DNA of 64,000 bases, from contig CAYWFM010000001.1 of the NCBI GenBank assembly GCA_964457915.1, positions 34,623-98,622 on the forward strand, given 5' to 3'. Position numbers and translations under genes: made by a program. The notes beneath the pieces are model-generated. The model was given only the letters and a program-made list of their open reading frames with translations. It made no database searches and had not been told where the DNA came from. This DNA comes from an uncultured Candidatus Saccharibacteria bacterium. Its GTDB lineage: Bacteria > Patescibacteriota > Minisyncoccia > Phycocordibacterales > SBAW01. This document shows, in pieces, positions 36,070 to 45,545 of the stretch. Positions within the stretch are counted from its first letter, which is position 1, and each line of letters begins with the position of its first letter.

Positions 36070-36246
36070 ATGACCGACACCGATAATTTGGATCGCGTTT
36101 TTGCTGGCGCCCACCGTGCACTTTTTGGTGAGGATCCGCCATACAAAAAGTGTCCACATTGTGGTAGGTACGCTCACAATCCTTGTATGAACGAGGTAGA
36201 TGCGGATGAGTGCATGAATCCAAATGGCGAATGTTGGCCTGCCTGA
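36070..36246 (+). CDS. Small Cys-rich (zinc-ribbon-like) protein
   Basis: 58 aa from the ATG preceded by a strong SD (AAGGAGGTGCTT-ATG). CPHCG...C...C...C pattern. Confidence 0.4.
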   Translation: MTDTDNLDRVFAGAHRALFGEDPPYKKCPHCGRYAHNPCMNEVDADECMNPNGECWPA

Positions 36247-36338
36247 AGAACTAGCCTAACCCGACAGAGAAGCGCGGCTTCCTGTTGGGCTTCTCGTTTC
36301 AGATTCACACCCACTTGTTTTTGGGGTATAACAGTCTC

Positions 36339-36869
36339 ATGTCAGGACACAGTAAGTGGAGCAAAATTAAACACAAAAAGGCAGCGACCGATGCCCGCAA
36401 GAGTAAGGTGTTTTCAAAGTTGGTGCGCTTTATCGCTGTTGAGGCTAAAAAAGCCAAAGGAGACCGAAACTCTCCAGGCCTTCGTATGGCAATCGAGAAG
36501 GCTCGCGCCGAGAATATGCCAGCCGACAATATCGACCGCGCGATTGCAAAGGCATCAAGCTCAGCCGAGGAGTTAGAGCAGCTCACCTACGAGGCCTACG
36601 GCCCTGGCGGCAGCGCCCTTATCATCGAGTGCTACACCGACAACCGAAACCGCACCGCTCAAGAAATCAAACACCTCCTTAGTAAAAACGGTGGCACGCT
36701 CGCTAACCCAGGCGCCGCAATGTGGGCATTTCAAAAAAACACAGAGGGTGCGCTCGAGCCACTCTCCCCTATCGACCTTTCAGATAGTGACCTTGAAAGT
36801 CTCGCTTCGCTGGTTGACGAGCTCGAGGAGCACGACGATGTGAATGAGGTCTACACGAACGCCGCCTAG
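36339..36869 (+). CDS. yebC: YebC/PmpR-family probable transcriptional regulator
   Basis: MSGHSKWSKIKHKK N-terminus is diagnostic of the YebC family. Confidence 0.85.
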   Translation: MSGHSKWSKIKHKKAATDARKSKVFSKLVRFIAVEAKKAKGDRNSPGLRMAIEKARAENMPADNIDRAIAKASSSAEELEQLTYEAYGPGGSALIIECYTDNRNRTAQEIKHLLSKNGGTLANPGAAMWAFQKNTEGALEPLSPIDLSDSDLESLASLVDELEEHDDVNEVYTNAA

Positions 36870-36934
36870 CAGCTTAGTTTTTTGGTAAAAACTGGTCCTT
36901 GCTACTTACTACTGCTTACTCGATACTTAGTCTT

Positions 36935-37414
36935 ATGCGTGTTTTAGCATTCGACCCCGGGTTTGAGCGACTTGGCGTTGCGGTTATTGAAAAAAGCGGC
37001 AACACAGAGACTCTTCTCTTTTCAGACTGCATTCGTACTAAGGCGACCTTGTCTTTTGCCGAGCGTTTGAGCGAACTGGGGAGTGCGGTTGAAAAAATCA
37101 TACAAAAGTGGGGGCCAAAAGCGGTCGCGATAGAAAATCTCTATTTTGAAAATAACGCCAAAACCGCTATGAATGTCGCGGCCGTGCGAGGCATGCTTCT
37201 CTACATAGCGGCGAGCCATGGGTTGCCGATCCATGAATACACCCCGCTCCAGGTAAAAGTCGCTATTACTGGGTATGGTAAGAGTGACAAAAGTGCCGTA
37301 GCCCATATGGTTTCTAGACTCATCGTACTCCCCAAAACACCAAATAAACGCCTCGATGATGAGCTTGATGCTATCGCGATCGGTTTAACTTGCCTCGCCT
37401 CAACGAAGTTCTAG
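36935..37414 (+). CDS. ruvC: Crossover junction endodeoxyribonuclease RuvC
   Basis: MRVLAFDPG...GVAV N-terminus, catalytic acidic residues and AIENLYF consistent with RuvC. Starts at MRVL. Confidence 0.85.
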   Translation: MRVLAFDPGFERLGVAVIEKSGNTETLLFSDCIRTKATLSFAERLSELGSAVEKIIQKWGPKAVAIENLYFENNAKTAMNVAAVRGMLLYIAASHGLPIHEYTPLQVKVAITGYGKSDKSAVAHMVSRLIVLPKTPNKRLDDELDAIAIGLTCLASTKF

Positions 37415-37499
37415 CGAAGACGGGCTTGGCCTTTCTCCTCTTTATCCACAGGTTTAGGGTGAGACAGTTGCAAAGTTTTTCAGGTTTGGTACAACACCA

Positions 37500-37682
37500 A
37501 TGTTACGTCTTGATATAAAATTTATTCATAATCTATCAAAACTTATGTACGAAGAGTTTTCACCTGAGGAGTTCGCGCTTGATGAAGAAATAACTGAGGG
37601 AGAGGCAGAACCGACTGACGAGGAGCTCGAGGATGAAGAGACCCCAGAGGTCGAATCAATGGACGACGAGGACGCGCTCTAA
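37500..37682 (+). CDS. Possible small highly acidic protein
   Basis: 60-aa ORF ending EELEDEETPEVESMDDEDAL, immediately followed by a strong bidirectional terminator. Coding status uncertain. Confidence 0.3.
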   Translation: MLRLDIKFIHNLSKLMYEEFSPEEFALDEEITEGEAEPTDEELEDEETPEVESMDDEDAL

Positions 37683-37684
37683 AT

Positions 37685-37716
37685 AAAAAACTCTGGGACT
37701 CCCCAGAGTTTTTTAT
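37685..37716. terminator. Bidirectional rho-independent terminator (AAAAAACTCTGGG-ACTCC-CCAGAGTTTTTT)
   Basis: Perfect palindromic stem flanked by A6 and T6+ runs. Serves the plus-strand small ORF and the minus-strand tyrS. Confidence 0.75.
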
Positions 37717-38915
37717 TTTATTTTTACAAATCGGTGCTTGCCGATTCTGAAAATAGCACCGCTTGGTGCTGGCGCGTCAGCAGAATGTATTGGTATTTCA
37801 CCTGTACTTTTGTCTATACGACGAACCGCCCCAGCCAGCAAGAGACGTGCCCATTCTGAATTTGAAGCAACAATACCATTCTTAACTACAGTATCTCTAA
37901 GTGTTCCTATATTTTCTAACTCCTGGATGTCGTCTGGCACTCCACCCTCACTAAACGTCGACTGCCAGCTATTCTCTGCATTTTGTGCAGCATCAACACT
38001 GTGGTAGAGCGCTACTATTTCACGCGCAAGACGCATTTTTGCTTCTTTTGGATGACCCGCTACGATGGTTTTGATTTCCTGCATAGGAACACGCGTACAG
38101 AGCTCAAAGTAGGTACCCACTTGCACATCGGCCATACTCATCACCTTGCCGTACATGTCAGTAGGCTCAGTGTTGAGTGTTATCGTGTTGCCCCAACTTG
38201 AACTCATTTTGCGCCCATCGAGCCCTTCGATGAGTGGGTTCATGACGATGTTTTGTGGCTCCTGCCCATAGTTACCTTGTAGGGTGCGTCCCGCAAGAAG
38301 ATTAAATTTTTGATCGGTACCCCCAAGCTCTACATCTGCCTCAACAGCGACTGAGTCATAGCCTTGCATGAGCGGATAGAGCACCTCACGCAGCGACACG
38401 CGCTTACCACCATCGAGACGCTTTTTAATATTCTCGCGCGAAATAAAATCCGAAACCGAAAAGAGGTCTGCATGCTCCCCTATCTCGCGGTACGTCAGCG
38501 GCTCGAGCCACTCACTGTTGTATCGAAACTCTGCTGTATCTAAATCAATAAGCTTCCCCACTTGTGCAAAGTATGATTGTTTGTTTTTTTCGATAGTGTC
38601 TTGTGCAAGCATGGGGCGCTCAGCATCTTTGTCCGACGTGTCACCAATAACGGCGGTAAAGTCGCCTGTTATAAAGACTATTTGGTGACCAAGCTCTTGG
38701 AAGTCTCGTAATTTAAGTAGTGCCACTGCACGCCCAATATGCAGATCTGGTGATGTTGGGTCGATACCGAGCTTAATGCGCAATTTCTTGCCCGAAAGGA
38801 GTTTTTTACGCAACTCTTCTTTCACAATCACTTCTACCACCCCCCGTGAGAGTAGTTCGTCTATTTTTTGTTCATCTACTGAGACCCCTCCCTCCTTTTT
38901 AAAAAATGACATGCC
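37713..38915 (-). CDS. tyrS: Tyrosine--tRNA ligase
   Basis: HIGR-type motif (DLHIGRAVAL), KMSSS (KMSKS), C-terminal S4-like domain. The start is set at MSFFKKEGG, because the longer ORF adds 123 aa of non-homologous sequence. Confidence 0.85.
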   Translation of the reverse strand, partial: GMSFFKKEGGVSVDEQKIDELLSRGVVEVIVKEELRKKLLSGKKLRIKLGIDPTSPDLHIGRAVALLKLRDFQELGHQIVFITGDFTAVIGDTSDKDAERPMLAQDTIEKNKQSYFAQVGKLIDLDTAEFRYNSEWLEPLTYREIGEHADLFSVSDFISRENIKKRLDGGKRVSLREVLYPLMQGYDSVAVEADVELGGTDQKFNLLAGRTLQGNYGQEPQNIVMNPLIEGLDGRKMSSSWGNTITLNTEPTDMYGKVMSMADVQVGTYFELCTRVPMQEIKTIVAGHPKEAKMRLAREIVALYHSVDAAQNAENSWQSTFSEGGVPDDIQELENIGTLRDTVVKNGIVASNSEWARLLLAGAVRRIDKSTGEIPIHSADAPAPSGAIFRIGKHRFVKIK

Positions 38916-38954
38916 CACACTGTACCATAGGAGCGGGCGTGTTAGAATGCCCTC

Positions 38955-41132
38955 ATGGCGCACTTTCATACGCCTCCTCCTTACAAAAAAACACGTGCCT
39001 TTGTGCGAGCGCACCTCGTGTCGCTTATCGCCCTTCTGTTTGGTCTGGGGCTTCTGTGTGCTGGTGTTCTTATGGTTTGGGTGGCAACCCTTCAAATTCC
39101 TGATCTTACTTCTATCGCCACAAGAAGAATTGATCAGTCGGTAACGCTCTATGATCGCACCGGTGAGGTCGCGCTCTATAACCTCAATAGCAATGTCTCG
39201 CGCACTATTGTACCACTGAGTGATATTTCTCCGCTCGCGCAAAATGCGACTATTGCCATTGAAGACCCAAACTTTTATGAACACCGTGGTATCGAGCTAA
39301 AAGCGATTATTCGCGCCATTGTTGCCGACGTGGTCCCTGGGGGTCTTACTCAAGGAGGTTCAACTCTTACCCAACAGGTGGTAAAAAACACGCTCCTTAC
39401 CAATAAAAAATCTCTTGTACGCAAGGTAAAGGAGTGGATCTTGGCTATCAAGCTTGAGCGTGTGCTTTCTAAAAACCAAATTCTTGAGCTCTACCTCAAC
39501 CAAGCACCATACGGTGGCAATATTTATGGTGTTGAGAGCGCTGCGCAGACCTTCTTTGGGGTACGCGCAAATAGTCTTACCCTGTCACAAGCAGCATATC
39601 TTGCCGCCGTTCTTCCCGCCCCCACCTATTACTCACCCTACGGTCCCCACAAAGCCGATCTTGATAAGCGTAAAAATCTTGTGCTCGACAAAATGTTTGA
39701 GCATGGCTATATAACCGCTACTGAGCGCGATACCGCAAAAAAAGAGATCATCGATTTTAAGGAGCCGCACGCTTCTTCTATAACAGCGCCGCACTTTGTC
39801 TTTTATGTACAGCAATACCTAGAGGAAAAGTATGGCCAAGATGCCCTCGAGCAAAATGGTTGGAAGGTTATTACCACCCTTGATGCAAAACTACAAACCA
39901 AAGCGGAGGAGGTCGTGCAGGCGCGAGCTGAAAGTAATGAAAAGAATTTTAATGCCACCAACACTGGTGTTATTGCACTTGATCCCACCAATGGAAACAT
40001 TCTCGCTATGGTTGGTTCACGCAACTACTTCGATGAAAAAATTGACGGTAACTACAACGTAACCCTTGCAGATCGCCAACCAGGTTCTGCGTTTAAACCT
40101 TTTGCCTACGCCGAGGCGTTTATAAAAGGCTACACTCCCGACACAGTAGTGTTTGATGTTCCCACCCAATTCTCTACCACATGTAGTCCTGAAGACACCA
40201 CCAACAGCAAAGCGCCTTGCTATGCCCCGGTTAACTACGATAATAAATTTTTAGGACCCATGACGCTGCGTGACGCTATCGCGCAGTCCCGCAACATCCC
40301 CTCAGTAAAAACCTTATATCTTGCTGGTATTACCGACACCTTGCGCCTTGCTAAAGCGATGGGCGTCTCTACACTTGGTGATCCCAATCAATACGGTCTT
40401 ACGTTAGTACTTGGTGGTGGTGAGGTAACGCTTCTGGATATGTCGAGTGCGTATGGTGTATTTGCTCAAAATGGTATGCGCTACCCTCCTATCTCAGTAC
40501 TTAGCATTATTGATAGTAGCGGAAACAAAATTGAAGATAATGCACAACCAATAGGCAACCAGGTACTACCCTCTGCGGCAGCAGAAAAAATAAATGATAT
40601 TCTTTCAGACCCAGTCGCTCGCGCGCCACTGGGTGAGAACGATCTTCTTTCTTTTGCAGGGCATGATGTTGCGGTAAAAACAGGTACCACCAACAATTAC
40701 AAAGATGCGTGGACTATCGGTTACACACCAAATCTTGTACTTGGTATGTGGGTTGGTAATAACGATAACACCTCTATGGTGCACAAAGTCTCTGGCTTTA
40801 TCGTGGGCCCTATGTGGCACGAAATTATGCAATATGCGCTCACCGAAACACCAAACCAATCATTCACTCGCACTGAGTATGACAACTCGTCTCTCAAGCC
40901 CGTTTTGCGCGGTATATGGCAAACACCCGGCGCTGATGGTGTCCCGCACGAAATTCTTTACTGGGTAGATAAAAATGATCCTCTTGGTCCCCAACCAACC
41001 AACCCGCAAAACGATTCTCAATACACATACTGGGAGACTGGTGTTGGGAGGTGGCTGGCACAGCATAGCACTCCCGCGCTCCCGCAAAACAGCACCTCAC
41101 AACAAACCACCAGTGCACCAACCACCAACTAA
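38955..41132 (+). CDS. Class A penicillin-binding protein (bifunctional transglycosylase/transpeptidase)
   Basis: N-terminal TM anchor. GT51 motifs (EDPNFYEHRGIE, QGGSTLTQQ), transpeptidase SxxK/SxN/KTG (VKTGTT). Confidence 0.85.
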   Translation: MAHFHTPPPYKKTRAFVRAHLVSLIALLFGLGLLCAGVLMVWVATLQIPDLTSIATRRIDQSVTLYDRTGEVALYNLNSNVSRTIVPLSDISPLAQNATIAIEDPNFYEHRGIELKAIIRAIVADVVPGGLTQGGSTLTQQVVKNTLLTNKKSLVRKVKEWILAIKLERVLSKNQILELYLNQAPYGGNIYGVESAAQTFFGVRANSLTLSQAAYLAAVLPAPTYYSPYGPHKADLDKRKNLVLDKMFEHGYITATERDTAKKEIIDFKEPHASSITAPHFVFYVQQYLEEKYGQDALEQNGWKVITTLDAKLQTKAEEVVQARAESNEKNFNATNTGVIALDPTNGNILAMVGSRNYFDEKIDGNYNVTLADRQPGSAFKPFAYAEAFIKGYTPDTVVFDVPTQFSTTCSPEDTTNSKAPCYAPVNYDNKFLGPMTLRDAIAQSRNIPSVKTLYLAGITDTLRLAKAMGVSTLGDPNQYGLTLVLGGGEVTLLDMSSAYGVFAQNGMRYPPISVLSIIDSSGNKIEDNAQPIGNQVLPSAAAEKINDILSDPVARAPLGENDLLSFAGHDVAVKTGTTNNYKDAWTIGYTPNLVLGMWVGNNDNTSMVHKVSGFIVGPMWHEIMQYALTETPNQSFTRTEYDNSSLKPVLRGIWQTPGADGVPHEILYWVDKNDPLGPQPTNPQNDSQYTYWETGVGRWLAQHSTPALPQNSTSQQTTSAPTTN

Positions 41133-42229
41133 CGATTCATTGGCATTGCGAGATACAAGAAACTCTGGTCGCTCGCATCTTTAATAAGGATTGCCTTTCC
41201 TGGGCCGTTGGCGTGTATACGAACACTCTCTCCCGTAATTGCCTGCATACTATCAGCCAAGTAGCGACTATTAAACGATATGGTGAGTGGGTCACCTGAA
41301 ATAGTCGCTCGAATGGTTGAAGTTTGTTCACCCACGTCAGGATTACGAGAAGTGAGGAGTACCGCCTTTTTTTCAGGATCTACTGTAAGAATAATTTGTG
41401 AGAATTTATCGCTAAAAATAGCCAGTGATTTGAGCGCAGAACTAAAATCCTCCCGCAACACCACAACCTCGGTTGAGAAGGTTTTTGGTAAAATCTGCTG
41501 GTAATTTGGAAATGAACCATCAATAAGACGGCTTGTGTAGTAGGTATTTTCAATTTGTGTTGAGAGTTGGTTGTCGTTGTAATAGATTTCAACCTCGCTA
41601 CTTCCTGCGGTTTCAAGTATACGCATCAACTCTGCCGCGTTTCGTGCAGGGAGCAGTAAGTGTGCTACAGATCCTCCACTGCGCAGCGGCACTGTTTTTT
41701 CAGCAAGTCTAAAAGAGTCAGTGGCGACCGTAATGATTTTCCCCCCTTCTCCATACAAGAGTACGCTTTGTAGCTCTGGTTTAACGGTTGATGTAGAAGC
41801 GCAGTACACAACTGCACGAAGGGCGCGCGCTAATTCACTCACTTTTTGGGTAAAAGAGTGTTCTGCTGAGACACGCGGCAAAATAGGAAAATCATCATGG
41901 GGAATGGTTTTAATACTCGCAGAGGCACGTTCAGTCTCAAGCTTACAAACCTCACCCACCAAGGTACAGGTAAGTCCTTTACCTTTTGCATTATTCACAA
42001 ATCCTGCGAGTACGGTGCTTGGTATAGCCACCGTCCCTTGGTCACTTACTTTAGCGGGAATGGTTATTTCAACCCCACACTCAAGATTGGTACTGCGTAG
42101 TATCAGCTGTCCATTTTGTGCAACAACCAAAACACTCGCGAGCACTGGGAGATTTGGTCGTTTTTCTGAAAAACGTGTAGCAACTCCAACCGCTGCAGCA
42201 AATTGTTCTATACTGGTTTCAAATTTCAT
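41129..42229 (-). CDS. dnaN: DNA polymerase III beta sliding clamp
   Basis: 366 aa, three-domain clamp, typical N-terminus MKFETSIEQF. Confidence 0.9.
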   Translation of the reverse strand: MKFETSIEQFAAAVGVATRFSEKRPNLPVLASVLVVAQNGQLILRSTNLECGVEITIPAKVSDQGTVAIPSTVLAGFVNNAKGKGLTCTLVGEVCKLETERASASIKTIPHDDFPILPRVSAEHSFTQKVSELARALRAVVYCASTSTVKPELQSVLLYGEGGKIITVATDSFRLAEKTVPLRSGGSVAHLLLPARNAAELMRILETAGSSEVEIYYNDNQLSTQIENTYYTSRLIDGSFPNYQQILPKTFSTEVVVLREDFSSALKSLAIFSDKFSQIILTVDPEKKAVLLTSRNPDVGEQTSTIRATISGDPLTISFNSRYLADSMQAITGESVRIHANGPGKAILIKDASDQSFLYLAMPMNR

Positions 42230-42432
42230 ATATAAAATCTTTTACTACTATTAGGGGTGTGGATACGGGGATAAGTCCAAAAAAACTTTATATGAAGCCC
42301 TTTTATAAAATCGTTCGGTAGCATAATGGTGTGTATATCTTAGCGGTCTTGTGTGAATATGCAATAAGTCTCCACTACCTCTCCCCAGATACTCATGTTT
42401 GTGCAGTGTGTTATACACAACATACACACAGG
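42230..42432. promoter_or_regulatory. Candidate oriC / DnaA-box region between dnaA and dnaN
   Basis: AT-rich 200 bp with DnaA-box-like 9-mers: TGTGGATAC (42258-42266), TTATACACA (42411-42419), TGTGAATAT (~42350). Further boxes TGTGGAGAA (43841-49) and TGTGGATAG (43852-60) lie in the dnaA-rpmH spacer. Confidence 0.45.
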
Positions 42433-43794
42433 TTATTTCAACATGAGGCGAATCTGATGAAGTTCTTGGCTTAAGGTGCTGTCTGAAGAAAGGTCACCTT
42501 TTATTTTTTCACAGGAGTGAATAACAGTGGTGTGATCTCGACCACCCAACTTATCCCCTATGGTGGGGAATGAGATTTTAAAATCCTCACGCAAAAGGAA
42601 CATAATAACCTGACGAGGGCGCACTACTTCTTTGCGGCGTGTTTTTTCATAAATACTAGCCTCATCAACACCATAAAAGCTCGCGATGGTACGCACCACC
42701 TCAGGTATTGATATTGCTTTTTTGGTGGTTGTTGAGGCACCACGTAAAAGTACCTTTGCGTCAGCGATAGTGAGTGGTGTGTCCCGCATTTCTAAATGGA
42801 TAAGCAAAAGGTTGAGCGCCCCCTCAAGCTCGCGCACATTACCCTCAATGGTGGTAGCAAGGTACTCAAGTACATCATCGGGGAAAATAACATTGTGTTG
42901 AGACGCTTTTGTGCGCACAATAGCCAACCGCGACTCATGGTCAGGTGGAGTAACTGAGATAATCATGCCAGCGTTAAAGCGACTACGCAGCCGATCTTCA
43001 AGATTTTGAATAACGTTTGGGTGCTGGTCCGAGGTGAACACCAACTGCTTATTGTTGTTATAGAGATGATTGAAAAGATGGAAAAATTCTTCTTTTATTT
43101 TTTCTCGACCGGCTAAAAACTGTACATCATCCATAATAAGCAGGTCATACTGGCGATATTTTTCTTTAAAACTCTGTACCTTACTTGTTTGAAGTGCTGA
43201 AACATAATCCATAGAAAATTTCTCCGAAGTAACATAGTAGACTTTTCGGTCTGGTGTTTGAACTCGAAAATGGTTACCTATTGCCTGTACAAGGTGTGTC
43301 TTCCCCAAGCCGGTAGGGCCATAAATAAGTAAGGGGTTATAGGCTATCCCCGGCTTACGAATAACCGCTTGGGCGGCGGCGTGTGCGAGCTCATTAAACG
43401 GCCCAACCACAAAGGACTGTAGGGTGAATCGCGGATTAAGGTTTGAGCGGGCGTGCACTGACTCGAGTGGCAGCTCTGCGGGTGACGGTGTCATGGGGCG
43501 GACCTCTTCACTCTGTTTTTTGGGGCCACGAGAGATTATGTATTCAACTGAGCGCACACTGTCAGAAAGTCCACGCAGTGAGCGTAAAATATCCTTATGA
43601 AACTTGGTCGATAGCCAATCGCGCGCAAATTGTGAGGGGACGCCAAGATACACTACCCCATCCTCTACACGCACAATATGTGTATCTTTAAACCACGTGT
43701 TGAAATTTGGTTTAGAAATAGAAAGTTCCAACTCTACGAGTGCGTTTTCCCAAAGCTCTTTCGTAGTAGTCATATGGCAGAATGTTTCAAGCAT
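42433..43794 (-). CDS. dnaA: Chromosomal replication initiator protein DnaA
   Basis: AAA+ Walker A GPTGLGKTHLVQAIGN, sensor motifs, C-terminal HTH DNA-binding domain. Confidence 0.9.
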   Translation of the reverse strand: MLETFCHMTTTKELWENALVELELSISKPNFNTWFKDTHIVRVEDGVVYLGVPSQFARDWLSTKFHKDILRSLRGLSDSVRSVEYIISRGPKKQSEEVRPMTPSPAELPLESVHARSNLNPRFTLQSFVVGPFNELAHAAAQAVIRKPGIAYNPLLIYGPTGLGKTHLVQAIGNHFRVQTPDRKVYYVTSEKFSMDYVSALQTSKVQSFKEKYRQYDLLIMDDVQFLAGREKIKEEFFHLFNHLYNNNKQLVFTSDQHPNVIQNLEDRLRSRFNAGMIISVTPPDHESRLAIVRTKASQHNVIFPDDVLEYLATTIEGNVRELEGALNLLLIHLEMRDTPLTIADAKVLLRGASTTTKKAISIPEVVRTIASFYGVDEASIYEKTRRKEVVRPRQVIMFLLREDFKISFPTIGDKLGGRDHTTVIHSCEKIKGDLSSDSTLSQELHQIRLMLK

Positions 43795-43874
43795 ACGCGC
43801 TTAGTGTGGCCGCGTCAAAAACGAGGTTCTGTTGAGAAGTTGTGGAGAACGTGTGGATAGGCTACAATGTCGCC

Positions 43875-44009
43875 ATGTCAGTTACATACCAGCCAAAGAA
43901 GCGTAAGCGCGCTCAAGCCCACGGCTTTCTAAAGCGCACAGCAACCCCAAATGGTCGCAAGACTATTGCTCGTCGTCGCGCCAAGGGCCGAACCCGCCTA
44001 AGCGCCTAA
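43875..44009 (+). CDS. rpmH: 50S ribosomal protein L34
   Basis: The 44-aa translation [44 protein letters not shown] is unmistakably L34. Below the ORF-track length cutoff. Confidence 0.85.
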   Translation: MSVTYQPKKRKRAQAHGFLKRTATPNGRKTIARRRAKGRTRLSA

Positions 44010-44010
44010 A

Positions 44011-44319
44011 ATGCTTGCAAAATCTCGACGTCTCAGCGCAAGCGAGGTACGCGATATTCTGAAAAAAGGTGCCCCGCGGCGCGCTGGCCATCTCTCTGCT
44101 CGTGTGGTTTCGGGGCCCTCTCCCCTGCGGGCGGCCGCGGTAGTGTCCAAAAAGGTAGCTAAGGGTGCTGTAGAGCGCAATAGGTTGCGCAGAGCGCTGT
44201 ATCGAGCCCTTCGAGAAGTTGATGGAGGGGGGTGTGCGGTTATTTTCATTCAAAAAGTGCCAACACAGCCACTCACTCCTGCATTTTTAACGGATCTCAA
44301 GGTACTATATAAGGCATAA
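44011..44319 (+). CDS. rnpA: Ribonuclease P protein component
   Basis: 102 aa, basic, RNR-like motif region (ERNRLRRALYRALRE). Canonical position after rpmH. Confidence 0.85.
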   Translation: MLAKSRRLSASEVRDILKKGAPRRAGHLSARVVSGPSPLRAAAVVSKKVAKGAVERNRLRRALYRALREVDGGGCAVIFIQKVPTQPLTPAFLTDLKVLYKA

Positions 44320-44324
44320 ATATT

Positions 44325-45047
44325 ATGTTTCAAACACTCATCGTCCAGCCGATATACAACGCCTTTATTTTTATACTCGGTCTCATGCCGCAAGGAGATG
44401 TGGGGTTAGCCATAATCACCCTCACCCTTCTTATTCGAGCTATTTTTTACCCCGCGTTTGCAGCATCTATTCGTACTCAGCTTGGGATGCAGAAAATCCA
44501 AGTGGAGATGGATGAAATAAACGAAAAGTATAAAGACAATCCAACCAAACGAGCGGAGCACACCATGGCGCTCTTTCGGGAACATAAAATTCGACCATTC
44601 AGTTCTTTTTTGGCTCTTTTGATCCAACTCCCGATACTTTTTGCCCTCTACTTTGCACTTTTTAAAGAAAACTTACCTACTATTGCAACACATCTACTAT
44701 ATACATTCGTACCAGTCCCCGGGGTGGTGCAAATGAATTTTTTCGGGCTTTTGGACCTGAGTCGCCACCACAATATACTACTCACCGCTCTTGTCGCACT
44801 ACTCCAATTTGGTGTTATGTGGCTTTCTATTGCCCGTATGAAGCAGGCTCCAAAAAGTAACGCAAAAAACGCACAGGCGCGGGAGGCAGCACTGCGCACC
44901 CAGCAGCAGCTCATGCTCTATTTTTTCCCCGCACTTATGGCGGTTGCTACCTACTCACTCCCTGCGGCAGTAGGTCTTTATTTTGCTGCAACAAACGCAG
45001 TATCTCTTGGCCAAGAATGGCTTATTAGGAGACAGACCAAAGCGTAA
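44325..45047 (+). CDS. yidC: Membrane protein insertase YidC (short Oxa1-like form)
   Basis: 240 aa, 5 TM, conserved YidC core helices. Synteny rpmH-rnpA-yidC-jag. Confidence 0.85.
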   Translation: MFQTLIVQPIYNAFIFILGLMPQGDVGLAIITLTLLIRAIFYPAFAASIRTQLGMQKIQVEMDEINEKYKDNPTKRAEHTMALFREHKIRPFSSFLALLIQLPILFALYFALFKENLPTIATHLLYTFVPVPGVVQMNFFGLLDLSRHHNILLTALVALLQFGVMWLSIARMKQAPKSNAKNAQAREAALRTQQQLMLYFFPALMAVATYSLPAAVGLYFAATNAVSLGQEWLIRRQTKA

Positions 45048-45090
45048 GGCTAGATTGGCAGAACGGGCGCTTTGGAGTATTGTCTCTAAC

Positions 45091-45540
45091 ATGAGTGCCG
45101 ATCTGCTGAAAAACAAAACAGAGAAACTCCTAACTCTTTTAGGTACCGAGGCACAAGTCAATATTAAAGAAGGTCATCGAACGGTTGTTGTAGTTACAAC
45201 CCAGGATTCAAAAGATCTTGTAGGGCCTCATGGTGAACATCTACGCGCTCTCAATCTCCTTCTTCATAAATTGGTTGAGAAAGAACTCAAAGAGGGGTCG
45301 GTAAGCTTCCTTGTTGATGTAAATGAATACTATGAAAGCAGTATGGAGAAGGTGCGCCAAGACGCCCGTATGCACGCGCAGCGCGCCCGCCTCTTCAAAC
45401 ACGACGTAGAGCTAGAACCTATGAGCGCGTATGAGCGTCTCGTTGTACACGAGCTCTTTGCTGAGGACCCAGAAATAAAAACTGAGTCAGCGGGCGAAGG
45501 AAAATTCCGCCACATAGTGCTTAAGTATGGCGCGAAATAA
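45091..45540 (+). CDS. jag: Jag/KhpB-like RNA-binding protein (KH + R3H)
   Basis: C-terminal R3H motif region (YERLVVHELFAEDPEIKTESAGEG). The start is set at MSADLL to avoid overlapping yidC. Confidence 0.7.
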   Translation: MSADLLKNKTEKLLTLLGTEAQVNIKEGHRTVVVVTTQDSKDLVGPHGEHLRALNLLLHKLVEKELKEGSVSFLVDVNEYYESSMEKVRQDARMHAQRARLFKHDVELEPMSAYERLVVHELFAEDPEIKTESAGEGKFRHIVLKYGAK

Positions 45541-45545
45541 TATAT

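Noticed and set aside
37713-39284. Full 523-aa ORF as tyrS
   Set aside because: The first 123 codons are basic low-complexity with no TyrS homology, and would overlap the divergent PBP promoter region. The internal Met (MSFFKKEGG) gives a normal-length TyrS.
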